Shown here: in pieces, positions 20,058 through 28,111 of the stretch
Numbering within the stretch: the stretch's first letter is position 1
Layout: the number at the start of each line of letters is the position of its first letter
Assembly (NCBI GenBank): GCA_038325875.1
Contig: JBBQJL010000001.1
Location: forward strand, 50,881-114,880
Direction of reading: 5' to 3'
Source of the DNA: Candidatus Limnocylindrales bacterium
GTDB taxonomy: Bacteria > Chloroflexota > Limnocylindria > Limnocylindrales > CSP1-4
DNA length: 64,000 bases
Notes under the pieces: generated by a model
The model's database searches: none
What the model saw: the letters and a program-made list of their open reading frames with translations, nothing else
Told to the model about the DNA's origin: nothing
Translations under genes and position numbers: made by a program

Positions 20058-20972
20058 CTACGGGTGCGCGACGGCTCGCACCGATGCCACGGTCAGCCGA
20101 CTCAGCTCAGCGAACTTCGGGCGGACGAAGTAGAGCAGGCCGACGAGCATCGCTGGGGTCTGGAGATACAGGCGCGGGGCCGCGATGGTCACGGCCAGGA
20201 CCACCGTCCAGGGCCGATCGGTCAGCGCTCCCCAGACCACGATCACTGCCGCGAATGCCACGCGAGCCCAGAGAGGGACACCGTCACTCGGGGTCAGCGT
20301 GGACAGGAACGCGACCCACTCGAACCAAAGACCGGGCCCGACAGCCATGGATCCGACGACGATCGCCGCCGTCAGTCCGAGAGCGATCCCGAGATGACGC
20401 CATTCCCGCCTCGCGGCGAACCAGAGCAGGCTGACGCCAGGGGTGACCTTGGTCAACAGCACGAACGACCAGAGCGCCGGCCAGCGCAGGCCCCAGACCG
20501 CCACGGCGACGATCAGCAGGTTGACGTTCGCGGCGTTGATCTCGGACGCCAGAGGTGACCAGAACACGACCAGTGGCAGGAGCGGCCCGGTCAGCGCGAA
20601 GAGTGCCACGACCTCGGCGCCGCGGATCAACCCGACGAACGCATCGAACGACAGGAGCTGGAAGAGGACCATCGACTGGGCTGCCGCGGGGGAGTAGATG
20701 AACTGGTAGCCGACGGTCCAATACGGCGCCGCTGGGTTGATCATGTAGTAGCACCAGGCGTCGACCGGGGTTCCGGTCATTGCGCTGAAGGTCGCCCAGA
20801 CCGTGACGGCGACGCCGCCGGCCAAACCGACCATGGCCAGACGAACGGGGTGGGCCAGGGTCTCCAGGCCATCGATGAGGGCCACGGTCCAGCGGCGGAT
20901 CCACGCTCCCGGTTGGATCGTCCGCAGCCGATCTCCGGCGCCTGCCGAACGCTCGGATCGCAGTATCGCCAT
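20058..20972 (-). CDS. Polytopic integral membrane protein, DUF2029 / GT87-like (putative glycosyltransferase)
   Basis: About 9 predicted TM helices. There is a conserved aromatic-rich N-terminal loop (CYYMINPAAPYW) and overall resemblance to actinobacterial DUF2029 mannosyl/arabinosyltransferase-like proteins. The family call is tentative. Confidence 0.6.
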   Translation of the reverse strand: MAILRSERSAGAGDRLRTIQPGAWIRRWTVALIDGLETLAHPVRLAMVGLAGGVAVTVWATFSAMTGTPVDAWCYYMINPAAPYWTVGYQFIYSPAAAQSMVLFQLLSFDAFVGLIRGAEVVALFALTGPLLPLVVFWSPLASEINAANVNLLIVAVAVWGLRWPALWSFVLLTKVTPGVSLLWFAARREWRHLGIALGLTAAIVVGSMAVGPGLWFEWVAFLSTLTPSDGVPLWARVAFAAVIVVWGALTDRPWTVVLAVTIAAPRLYLQTPAMLVGLLYFVRPKFAELSRLTVASVRAVAHP

Positions 20973-21084
20973 TGGACCCGACTCCGACTTGGTGGAGGGC
21001 GAGTCTGCCAGAGGTACCGGCCGCGGGATAGCCCAGAAGTACCGGTCGTGGTGCGGTCCGACAACGCGACGCTAGGATGGCTCG

Positions 21085-21897
21085 ATGAGCGAGCGACCGC
21101 AGACCTGGCACCACGGGCTGATGGCCCGCTGGTGGGCCGAGTTCAACGTCGCCGAACCGGCCGAACTCGTCTATTACGGCGCAGCGATCCGTCGGTATGG
21201 GCAGCCCGCCCTCGACGTTGGCTGCGGCGCCGGCCGGATCCTCGTGCCGCTGCTCGCGGAGGGACTCGACGTCGACGGGGTGGACCTGTCGCCGGACATG
21301 CTGGCCCAGGCCGCCGACCTTGCCGAAGCGGCGGGCCTGCACCCGGCGCTGTACACCCAGGCGATGCACGAGCTCGACCTGCCCCGGCGCTACCGGACGA
21401 TCTACATCTGCGACTCGTTCGGGATCGGGGGGACTCGCTACGACGACATGCGTGCCCTCCAGCGGATCTTCGACCAGCTCGAGCCGGGCGGTGCACTCGT
21501 CTTCAGTCACGACCTGCCCTACTCGGACGCGGACGCTGCGAGCTGGTCGCTCTGGCTACCGGGCGAGAGCGGACCGCTGCCCCGCGACTGGCCGGCCGAC
21601 GGCGATCGGCGCCGCATGGCCGATGGCGACGAGCTAGAGCTCCTGGTCCGGCGGATCGACTTCGATCCACTCCAGCAGCGCCTGGTCCTCGAGATGCGCG
21701 CTCGGCTGTGGCACGACGGGTCCGTCGTGGCGGAGGATCAGCATCGGATCCACCTGAACCTGTACTTCCTCCAGGAGGTCATGCTGATGCTCGACGTCGC
21801 AGGGTTCCGGGACGTCGACGTCGAGGGCTGGTACAGCGGGATCCCCGTCACCCGCGACGATGGCCGAGTCGTCTTCGTCGCGAAACGGCCGACCTGA
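21085..21897 (+). CDS. Class I SAM-dependent methyltransferase
   Basis: Motif I LDVGCGAGRIL and the post-I acidic residue VDGVDLSPDM are present. The gene is divergent from the membrane-protein gene. Confidence 0.7.
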   Translation: MSERPQTWHHGLMARWWAEFNVAEPAELVYYGAAIRRYGQPALDVGCGAGRILVPLLAEGLDVDGVDLSPDMLAQAADLAEAAGLHPALYTQAMHELDLPRRYRTIYICDSFGIGGTRYDDMRALQRIFDQLEPGGALVFSHDLPYSDADAASWSLWLPGESGPLPRDWPADGDRRRMADGDELELLVRRIDFDPLQQRLVLEMRARLWHDGSVVAEDQHRIHLNLYFLQEVMLMLDVAGFRDVDVEGWYSGIPVTRDDGRVVFVAKRPT

Positions 21898-21979
21898 CCG
21901 ACCGGGGCCGGCAGCGCCGACGATCACTCGCGTTGACGTCGGTCGTGCGGGTGCTTGAAGCGTGCGCGAACGCGCGGCC

Positions 21980-22013
21980 GGGGCGGGCGCCCGAGGGGGA
22001 GAGCGCCCGCCCC
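21980..22013. terminator. Bidirectional GC-rich hairpin between the convergent methyltransferase and ssb genes
   Basis: GGGGCGGGCGC-ccgagggggaga-GCGCCCGCCCC, an 11-bp perfect stem. Confidence 0.4.
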
Positions 22014-22092
22014 GTCGCACGGGGAGGAGGGAAGCGTCGGTCGGTCGGCGGGTGCGGACCTACGATCGGCCGGCGGCGGGTCCGGCGTCTGA

Positions 22093-22518
22093 TCAGGCCG
22101 CCACGGACTCGTCAGGGATCGGGTCATCCGGACCCGGCTCGTCGACGAGCGTCTCAGCGTGGACCTCGAGCGCGTCGGCTGCGGCCTGGGCCTCGTAGTC
22201 CTTCTTCTTGCGCCCGGACAGCATCTCCACGTGGTTGGCCACGATCTCGGTCTTCCAGTGGCGCTTGCCGGCGTCGTCGTCCCAGGTGCGGGTCTGGATG
22301 CGGCCTTCGACGGCCACCTGCTGGCCCTTCCCGAGGTACTGGCCACAGACTTCGGCAAGCTTGTCCCAGGTGACGATCGTGTGGAATTCCGAGCGCTCCT
22401 TGCCACCTCCGGCGTATTCGTGCGATGCGACGTTGAACGTGGTGACGTTCTTGCCGCTGGCCAGGGCGCGCAGCTCCGGGTCTCGGGTGAGCCGCCCGGT
22501 CAACAGGACCTTGTTCAT
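22093..22518 (-). CDS. ssb: Single-stranded DNA-binding protein paralog (stand-alone, non-canonical C-terminus)
   Basis: OB-fold SSB motifs: MNKVLLTGRLTRDPELR...FHTIVTW...GKGQQVAVEGRIQTRTWDD. A GAAGGAGAC RBS lies upstream on the minus strand. The protein ends ...DDPIPDESVAA rather than with the DDDIPF tip. Confidence 0.8.
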   Translation of the reverse strand: MNKVLLTGRLTRDPELRALASGKNVTTFNVASHEYAGGGKERSEFHTIVTWDKLAEVCGQYLGKGQQVAVEGRIQTRTWDDDAGKRHWKTEIVANHVEMLSGRKKKDYEAQAAADALEVHAETLVDEPGPDDPIPDESVAA

Positions 22519-22722
22519 CGGTCCGGGTCTCCTTCTCGGTCGGCCGGCGGCGCCGGTCCGACCCTGCGGTTGCGGCGGGTCGATCCCGACGGCCGGCGGG
22601 AGCCGACGGGCACGATGGACGGTAGTGATGCCCGCTCACCTGGGCATTCGCCGGCCCTTCACCAGGACTTACCGGGCCACCCGGCTTGCACGCGGGGCCG
22701 CGTCAGGCGGCAGCCTTCGCAA

Positions 22723-22769
22723 CTATCCGGGTCGGTGACGGATACCTGGCACCTATCCGGTCGGGACGG
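22723..22769. repeat. Imperfect direct repeat CTATCCGG(G)TCGG(T/G)GACGG x2 separated by 11 nt in the long non-coding region
   Basis: The two copies are at 22723-22741 and 22753-22769. The adjacent inverted repeat ATGGTCA-N8-TGACCAG at 22773-22794 contains CACGTG. Confidence 0.5.
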
Positions 22770-23379
22770 ACCATGGTCACGTGGATATGACCAGCATTGC
22801 TACCAGGCGGACTTCTGAGCGCTCAACCTCGCGATCGACCGGTGTCGACCGTCGTCATGGCGCGTCGGCGGTGACATTCAGGCACACAGAAGGCCCTCCC
22901 AACGTTGACGTCGGCGCTCAGCGTGAGAGCTAGTGTCCTGATTCATGATGCTCGGTAGGTAATCGCCCTCGCGCTCCCGGGTCCAGACGACCGAGGCGCA
23001 GGAGGTGGCGATCGTCCGCCGGGCCGAACTCTTCGTCCGTGAACTGAGCGACGGGGAGGCAGCCCACCTCCTCAGGCAGGCGCGCCGGGGCAGGAAGGCG
23101 GTCGTCCGACAACGCGGCCGATCAACCCGGGGCTCGAAAGCCGCATCACAATGCCGAGATTGTGCGCCGAGCGTGACACGGTGGGGTGTCGGGGTCTGGC
23201 GCGCCAGCGCGGTCTCCGGTCCACGAGCGCCGCCTCTCCTGACGGAGGCGACCTACCGGAACGGTGAGGCGACGACCCCATGATAGGGTGGCTGGGCTTG
23301 GGCGTCGGAGGACCTCCGCGCCCCTGCAGCCGCGGCGTCCACATGGTGGTGCCCGAACTATGGCACCGAGGTCAGCTGC

Positions 23380-24336
23380 ATGACATTCGATGTCCACGTC
23401 GTCCACGACGACCCTGAGGTGGCCCCGGCTCGCCGTGGCTCGCGAGCGTGGCGCGTTCTCCGGCGCAACCCGACATTCTGGTTCGGCGCGACCGGCGTCG
23501 TATGTATCGTGGCGGCGGCCCTGTTCGCGCCCATCATCACGCCCCATGATCCCAACATCGCCTTCCGGCGCGAGGGGCTCACCGCCGCAGGCGACCCGGT
23601 CGGCCCGAGCGCGCTGTTCCCGCTGGGTACCGACGAGCTAGGACGGGATTACCTGAGCCGGCTCCTCCATGGGGCTCGTACCTCGCTCACCGTCGGGATC
23701 GTGGCCAACTTCCTCGCGACGGCCATCGGGCTCGCGGTCGGGTCGATCGCGGCCTTCGCCCGAACCCCTCGGCTCCGGTTCGGCATGGTGCGCGGTCGCA
23801 GCCTGGAGATCCCGATCCCCGTCGAAAACATCCTGATGCGGACCACGGACGCCGTGCTGTCCTTTCCCGTGCTGCTGCTGGCGATCGCGCTGGTGGCCAT
23901 CGTCGGTCCAAGTCTCGGCCTCGTGATCGTGGTCATCGCGGCCGTCCTGTGGACCTCGACGGCGCGGATCATCCATTCGCGGGTGGTGGTTATCCGCGAG
24001 GCGGACTTCATCGAGGCAGCCCGGGCGGTCGGCGTCGCCCCGATACGGATCTTGATTCGGCATATCCTGCCGCACCTCGTGCCGATCGTCGCCGTCTACG
24101 CGACCCTCGGCATCGCTTCCACAGTCCTCTTCGAGGCGACGCTGTCGTTCCTGGGGGTCGGCGTCCCCGTCCCCGCCGCGTCATGGGGCGGGATGATCTT
24201 CGAGCACATCGGGTACTACAAGAGCGATCCGCGCGTCGTCGTCCTGCCCGGCCTGGCGATCATGCTCACGATCCTTTCGTTCAACCTCCTCGGCGACGCG
24301 TTGGCCGATGCGTTCGACCCTTTTCACTGGCGGTAA
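23380..24336 (+). CDS. ABC transporter permease (DppC-like) of an ATPase-less third peptide-ABC-like cluster
   Basis: It has TM segments and an EAA loop (AARAVGVAPIRILIRHILPHLVP). A roughly 30-aa insertion (RTPRLRFGMVRGRSLEIPIPVENILMR) is absent from the paralogs at 7532 and 13803. Confidence 0.75.
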   Translation: MTFDVHVVHDDPEVAPARRGSRAWRVLRRNPTFWFGATGVVCIVAAALFAPIITPHDPNIAFRREGLTAAGDPVGPSALFPLGTDELGRDYLSRLLHGARTSLTVGIVANFLATAIGLAVGSIAAFARTPRLRFGMVRGRSLEIPIPVENILMRTTDAVLSFPVLLLAIALVAIVGPSLGLVIVVIAAVLWTSTARIIHSRVVVIREADFIEAARAVGVAPIRILIRHILPHLVPIVAVYATLGIASTVLFEATLSFLGVGVPVPAASWGGMIFEHIGYYKSDPRVVVLPGLAIMLTILSFNLLGDALADAFDPFHWR

Positions 24337-24390
24337 AGCCGGGTAGCGGGCAAACCGCCCGCCCCCGGTCGCGACTCGGGAGGAGAGGTC

Positions 24391-26121
24391 ATGCACAACG
24401 GATCGACACGGCGGAGGGCCCTGTCATCGGTCGCGCTGATCGCGCTTGTCGCAGGTGCCTGCCAGCCAGCCGCTCCCAGGTTGGCATCCCCTGGCACGTC
24501 AGCCGGCGGAGCGACACCTCAGAGCCCGCCTGCCGGATCGAGCGCGGCGCCTGCCACGGGCGCGATCCCGCAGGGCGGCACCCTGTCAATCGCCTGGGCC
24601 AGCGATCTTCAGCATCTCGACCCGGCCGTCATGTACGACACCGTCGGGATCTCCGCCGTCCGGACGATGTTCGAGGCACCACTGAGCTATGACCTCACGT
24701 CCACTAAGCTCGTGCCACTCCTGGCGACCGCCCTACCGCTGATCTCGGCCGATGGCAAGACCTACACGCTCACGTTCCGTACAGGCGTGAAGTTCGTCAA
24801 CGAGGACGGGACAGTACTGCGCGAGATGACGGCCGACGACGTCGTCTACTCCCTCAATCGCGTTCTCGACCCCAACCTCAAGCCCACCCCGTCTCCGGTC
24901 GCGAGCGCGTTTTTCGGCAACATCGTCGGCGCTGCGGACGTGATCGGCGGTAAGGCGAAGACTGCCTCGGGGATCAAGATGATCGACGCGTCGACCGTCG
25001 AGATCGACCTCGTCAACGCGGACGCGACCTTCAGCAACATCCTCGCAACGACGTTCGCGTCGGTCGTCCCGAAGGAAGTCGCCGGCGAGGATACGGCGGC
25101 CTTCGATGCGAAGCCGGTCGGCACTGGGCCGTACCTGTTGAAGTCCTACACCAAGGGCCAGCAGGCCACGTTCGTCGCCAACAAGAGTTACTGGCGGGCC
25201 GGCCAACCGTATCTCAACGAGATCGACTTCAAGGTCGGGGTCGACGATAACGCCGCCATCCAGCAAATCGAAGCTGGAACCCTTGACCTCATGGGCGACA
25301 CGCTGCCGAGCGGTTCGTTCACCCAGATCACGACCGATCCGGCAACCAAGGACCAGGTTGTTCACCACGGCCTCGTCGATACCCAGTACCTGTGGATGGA
25401 CACAGCGCAGCCGGACAGCGGCCCGCTGTCAAAGGTCGCGGTCCGCCAGGCGATCGAGTATGCAATCGACAAGGACAACATCCTGAAGATCGTCCACGGC
25501 GCCGGGACCCGGGCCGAGTGCATCTTCCCGACGGATCTACCCGCCTTCGATCCGGCCTGCCACCCGTACAGCTTCGACGTGCCCAAGGCCAAGCAGATGC
25601 TGACGGACGCCGGCTACTCCGACGGCTTCAGGACCACGCTGTACACGGATACGACGGATCCCGACCCGAAGGTCGCGGCCGCGCTCCAGCAGGACCTGGC
25701 TGCTATCGGCATCACCGCCGATGTCGTAACCCAGTCCTTCGACACATTCCTGACCACCATCCAGACGCCCCATGCGGCCCCGATGGGATATGTCGGCTGG
25801 TACCAGGACTATCCCGACCCGTCCGACTTCATCGACCCGATTCTGTCCTGTGCTTCGGCGGTCAAGGGCGGGGCGAACCAGGCGTGGTACTGCAACAAGC
25901 AGGTCGATGCCCAGGCGGCCGCGGCCCGAGGCGAGGTCGACTCGAGCAAGCGTCTGTCCGAGTACCAGGCGATCCAGAACCAGATCATGACCGACGCGCC
26001 TTGGGTGCCGCTCTACTTCCAGGAGCACTACACCCTCGTCGGAAAGCGGGTGGGCGGCTTCACCATCCACCCCGTCTATCTCTATTCGTTGCGGGATGTC
26101 TACATCAAGCCGGGTTCGTGA
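24391..26121 (+). CDS. Family-5 substrate-binding lipoprotein, third cluster
   Basis: A GGGAGGAGAGG RBS precedes the start. The protein reads MHNGSTRRRALSSVALIALVAGAC with a lipobox and is about 576 aa. Confidence 0.8.
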   Translation: MHNGSTRRRALSSVALIALVAGACQPAAPRLASPGTSAGGATPQSPPAGSSAAPATGAIPQGGTLSIAWASDLQHLDPAVMYDTVGISAVRTMFEAPLSYDLTSTKLVPLLATALPLISADGKTYTLTFRTGVKFVNEDGTVLREMTADDVVYSLNRVLDPNLKPTPSPVASAFFGNIVGAADVIGGKAKTASGIKMIDASTVEIDLVNADATFSNILATTFASVVPKEVAGEDTAAFDAKPVGTGPYLLKSYTKGQQATFVANKSYWRAGQPYLNEIDFKVGVDDNAAIQQIEAGTLDLMGDTLPSGSFTQITTDPATKDQVVHHGLVDTQYLWMDTAQPDSGPLSKVAVRQAIEYAIDKDNILKIVHGAGTRAECIFPTDLPAFDPACHPYSFDVPKAKQMLTDAGYSDGFRTTLYTDTTDPDPKVAAALQQDLAAIGITADVVTQSFDTFLTTIQTPHAAPMGYVGWYQDYPDPSDFIDPILSCASAVKGGANQAWYCNKQVDAQAAAARGEVDSSKRLSEYQAIQNQIMTDAPWVPLYFQEHYTLVGKRVGGFTIHPVYLYSLRDVYIKPGS

Positions 26122-26159
26122 TTCGGTCGTGACCCAGCCCGACAGACCGAGGCTGCAAC

Positions 26160-26183
26160 GAGGGGCAGTTCACACGGCCCCTC
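26160..26183 (+). terminator. Stem-loop after the SBP3 gene
   Basis: GAGGGGC-agttcacacg-GCCCCTC. Confidence 0.3.
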
Positions 26184-26202
26184 CCGCGACCTGGCGAGCG
26201 GC

Positions 26203-27144
26203 GTGATCGGCTACGTGATCCGCAGGGTCGGCTGGGCCGCGCTGGTGCTGTTCGCCGTCACGCTCCTCACTTTCGTGCTCATCTACGTTCTGCCGGCTGA
26301 TCCCGCTCGGCTCATCGCGGGTCGGCAGGCGCGCCCCGAGGATGTGGCGGCGATTCGACATGCGCTGGGGCTCGACCAACCATTCCCCGTCCAGCTCGCG
26401 ACCTACGTCGCGCGCATCCTTCATGGGGACTTCGGCCATTCCTACCATCAGAACATCGACGTCCTGCCGCTCCTGCTCCAGCGGTTCCCGGCGACTCTGC
26501 AATTGGCCATCGCGGGTCTCGTCATGGAGCTCTTGATCGGCCTGCCGCTGGGCCTCGTCGCGGCGGCTCGCAAGGGGACATCGTCTGACCGGGCGGCGAC
26601 CATCATCACCGTGACCCTCGTGTCTGCGCCGTCGTTCTGGGTCGGATACCTCCTCCTCGAGGTCGTGTTCCAGGCACATGGCGCCGGCATCGATCTCTTC
26701 CCGGTCGGCGGCGGTTACAAGCCACTCGACCTGCGTTATCTGTTTCTCCCGGCGCTGACCCTCGGCTTCGGAGGCGCGGCCTACTACAGCCGGTTGATGC
26801 GGACGACGATGATCGAAGAGCTTCGGCGGGATTACATCCGGACCGGCCGGGCCAAGGGTGTGAGCGAGACGCGCCTACGCTTGCGCCATGCGCTTCGTAA
26901 CGGGATCGGCCCGATCCTGGTCCAGGTGGGTCTCGACTTCGGCTTCTTCCTCGGTGGCGTGGTCGTGGTCGAGCAGGTTTTCAGCTGGCCTGGGATCGGC
27001 AGACTGGCTGTCGAGTCGATCAGCACCGCAGACGTCCCGCTCATCATGGGCACGGTCATCTTCGGTACTGTCTGTATCGTCATTGCCAACCTGGTCATCG
27101 ATGTCGCAAACGCGATCATCGACCCGCGGATCAAGCTGGCCTAG
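26203..27144 (+). CDS. ABC transporter permease (DppB-like), third cluster
   Basis: GTG start. The protein reads MIGYVIRRVGWAALVLFAVTLLTFVLIYVLPADP... with TM segments. Confidence 0.8.
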   Translation: MIGYVIRRVGWAALVLFAVTLLTFVLIYVLPADPARLIAGRQARPEDVAAIRHALGLDQPFPVQLATYVARILHGDFGHSYHQNIDVLPLLLQRFPATLQLAIAGLVMELLIGLPLGLVAAARKGTSSDRAATIITVTLVSAPSFWVGYLLLEVVFQAHGAGIDLFPVGGGYKPLDLRYLFLPALTLGFGGAAYYSRLMRTTMIEELRRDYIRTGRAKGVSETRLRLRHALRNGIGPILVQVGLDFGFFLGGVVVVEQVFSWPGIGRLAVESISTADVPLIMGTVIFGTVCIVIANLVIDVANAIIDPRIKLA

Positions 27145-27151
27145 GGACGGG

Positions 27152-28111
27152 ATGACCTATTCCATCGTTGCTCGCGACCCGCTGACCGGCGACCTCGCGG
27201 TAGCCGTCCAGTCCAAGTTCCTGGCGGTCGGCTCGGTGGTTCCCTGGGCCCGGGCGGGGGTCGGCGCACTCGCCACTCAGTCGTTCGCCAACGTCGCATA
27301 CGGTCCGGATGGCCTCGGGCTCCTTGCCTCCGGCGCGGGGGCGACCGAGGCCCTCAGCGGTCTTGTCGCGGGCGATGCGATGGCCGATGAGCGCCAGGTC
27401 GGCATAGTGGACGCCTTCGGGCTGGGGGCCAGCTTTACCGGCAGAAGGTGTTTCATCTGGGCCGGCGGCCGGACCGGACCGGGCTTCGCCGCCCAAGGCA
27501 ACGTCCTTGCCGGACCGGCGGTGGTCGATGCGATGGTCGACACGTTCCTGGAGGGCTCGGGACGGTTCCCGGAACGGCTGGTGCACTGCCTTGCGGCAGC
27601 CGATGCGGCCGGCGGCGATCGGCGCGGGCGAGAGTCCGCGGCGCTCCTCGTCGTGCGCGAGGGCGGCGGCTATGGCGGCGGCAACGACCGGTGGATCGAC
27701 CTGCGGGTAGATGATCACGTCGACCCGATCGGTGAGCTGGCCAGATTGCTCGATCTGCAGCGCCTCTATCTCGACCCACCACTGGTGTCCGAACTCCTGG
27801 TGATCGACGCGACTCGGGCGGCGGACCTCCGCGCGATGCTTCGACGGGTCGGCGCGTTACCGGGAGATTGGACCGCAGCAATATTGGCGCCCGGGTCCGA
27901 ATCGAACGAAAACGATTCGCAGCAAACTTCACGCCCGGCAGTCGGCGAACCGCGGCCTTTTACGCCCGGCTGGGACGCCAGCTGGCACCAGGCGCTTGCG
28001 GACTGGATGGGCATCGAGAATCTGGAGGAGCGGCTGGCGGCACCTGGCTGGATCGATCCGCGGGTCCTCGCGATCCTGGCCGAGAAGGCAGCGGCAGGGC
28101 GATCGTCGTGA
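27152..28111 (+). CDS. DUF1028-family Ntn-hydrolase-like protein (N-terminal Thr nucleophile) with a C-terminal putative peptidoglycan-binding-like region
   Basis: The N-terminus reads MTYSIVARDPLTGDLAVAVQSKFLAVGSVVPWA, the canonical DUF1028 start with Thr2. The start lies 8 nt after the permease stop. Confidence 0.75.
   Translation: MTYSIVARDPLTGDLAVAVQSKFLAVGSVVPWARAGVGALATQSFANVAYGPDGLGLLASGAGATEALSGLVAGDAMADERQVGIVDAFGLGASFTGRRCFIWAGGRTGPGFAAQGNVLAGPAVVDAMVDTFLEGSGRFPERLVHCLAAADAAGGDRRGRESAALLVVREGGGYGGGNDRWIDLRVDDHVDPIGELARLLDLQRLYLDPPLVSELLVIDATRAADLRAMLRRVGALPGDWTAAILAPGSESNENDSQQTSRPAVGEPRPFTPGWDASWHQALADWMGIENLEERLAAPGWIDPRVLAILAEKAAAGRSS

Noticed and set aside
22519-22930. LexA/SOS box (TCGAAC-N4-GTTCGA) or RecA-NDp promoter upstream of ssb.
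   Set aside because: Only a direct repeat TCGACCGGTGTCGACC and other non-matching motifs are present. There is no palindromic SOS-box match.
23005-23283. 92-aa ORF (GTG start directly abutting a GCAGGAGG motif) in the long intergenic region.
   Set aside because: The first ~35 codons look protein-like with GC3 bias, but the remainder switches to atypical codon usage, and the RBS spacing is zero. I could not support a real gene. It may merit checking by ribosome profiling.
22519-23379. tRNA, tmRNA, RNase P or 6C sRNA in the long intergenic region.
   Set aside because: I found no T-loop (GTTCGAATC-like) or cloverleaf-compatible segments. The two C-rich-loop hairpins are ~250 nt apart, unlike the compact 6C RNA. 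Nothing is annotated without a covariance-model search.
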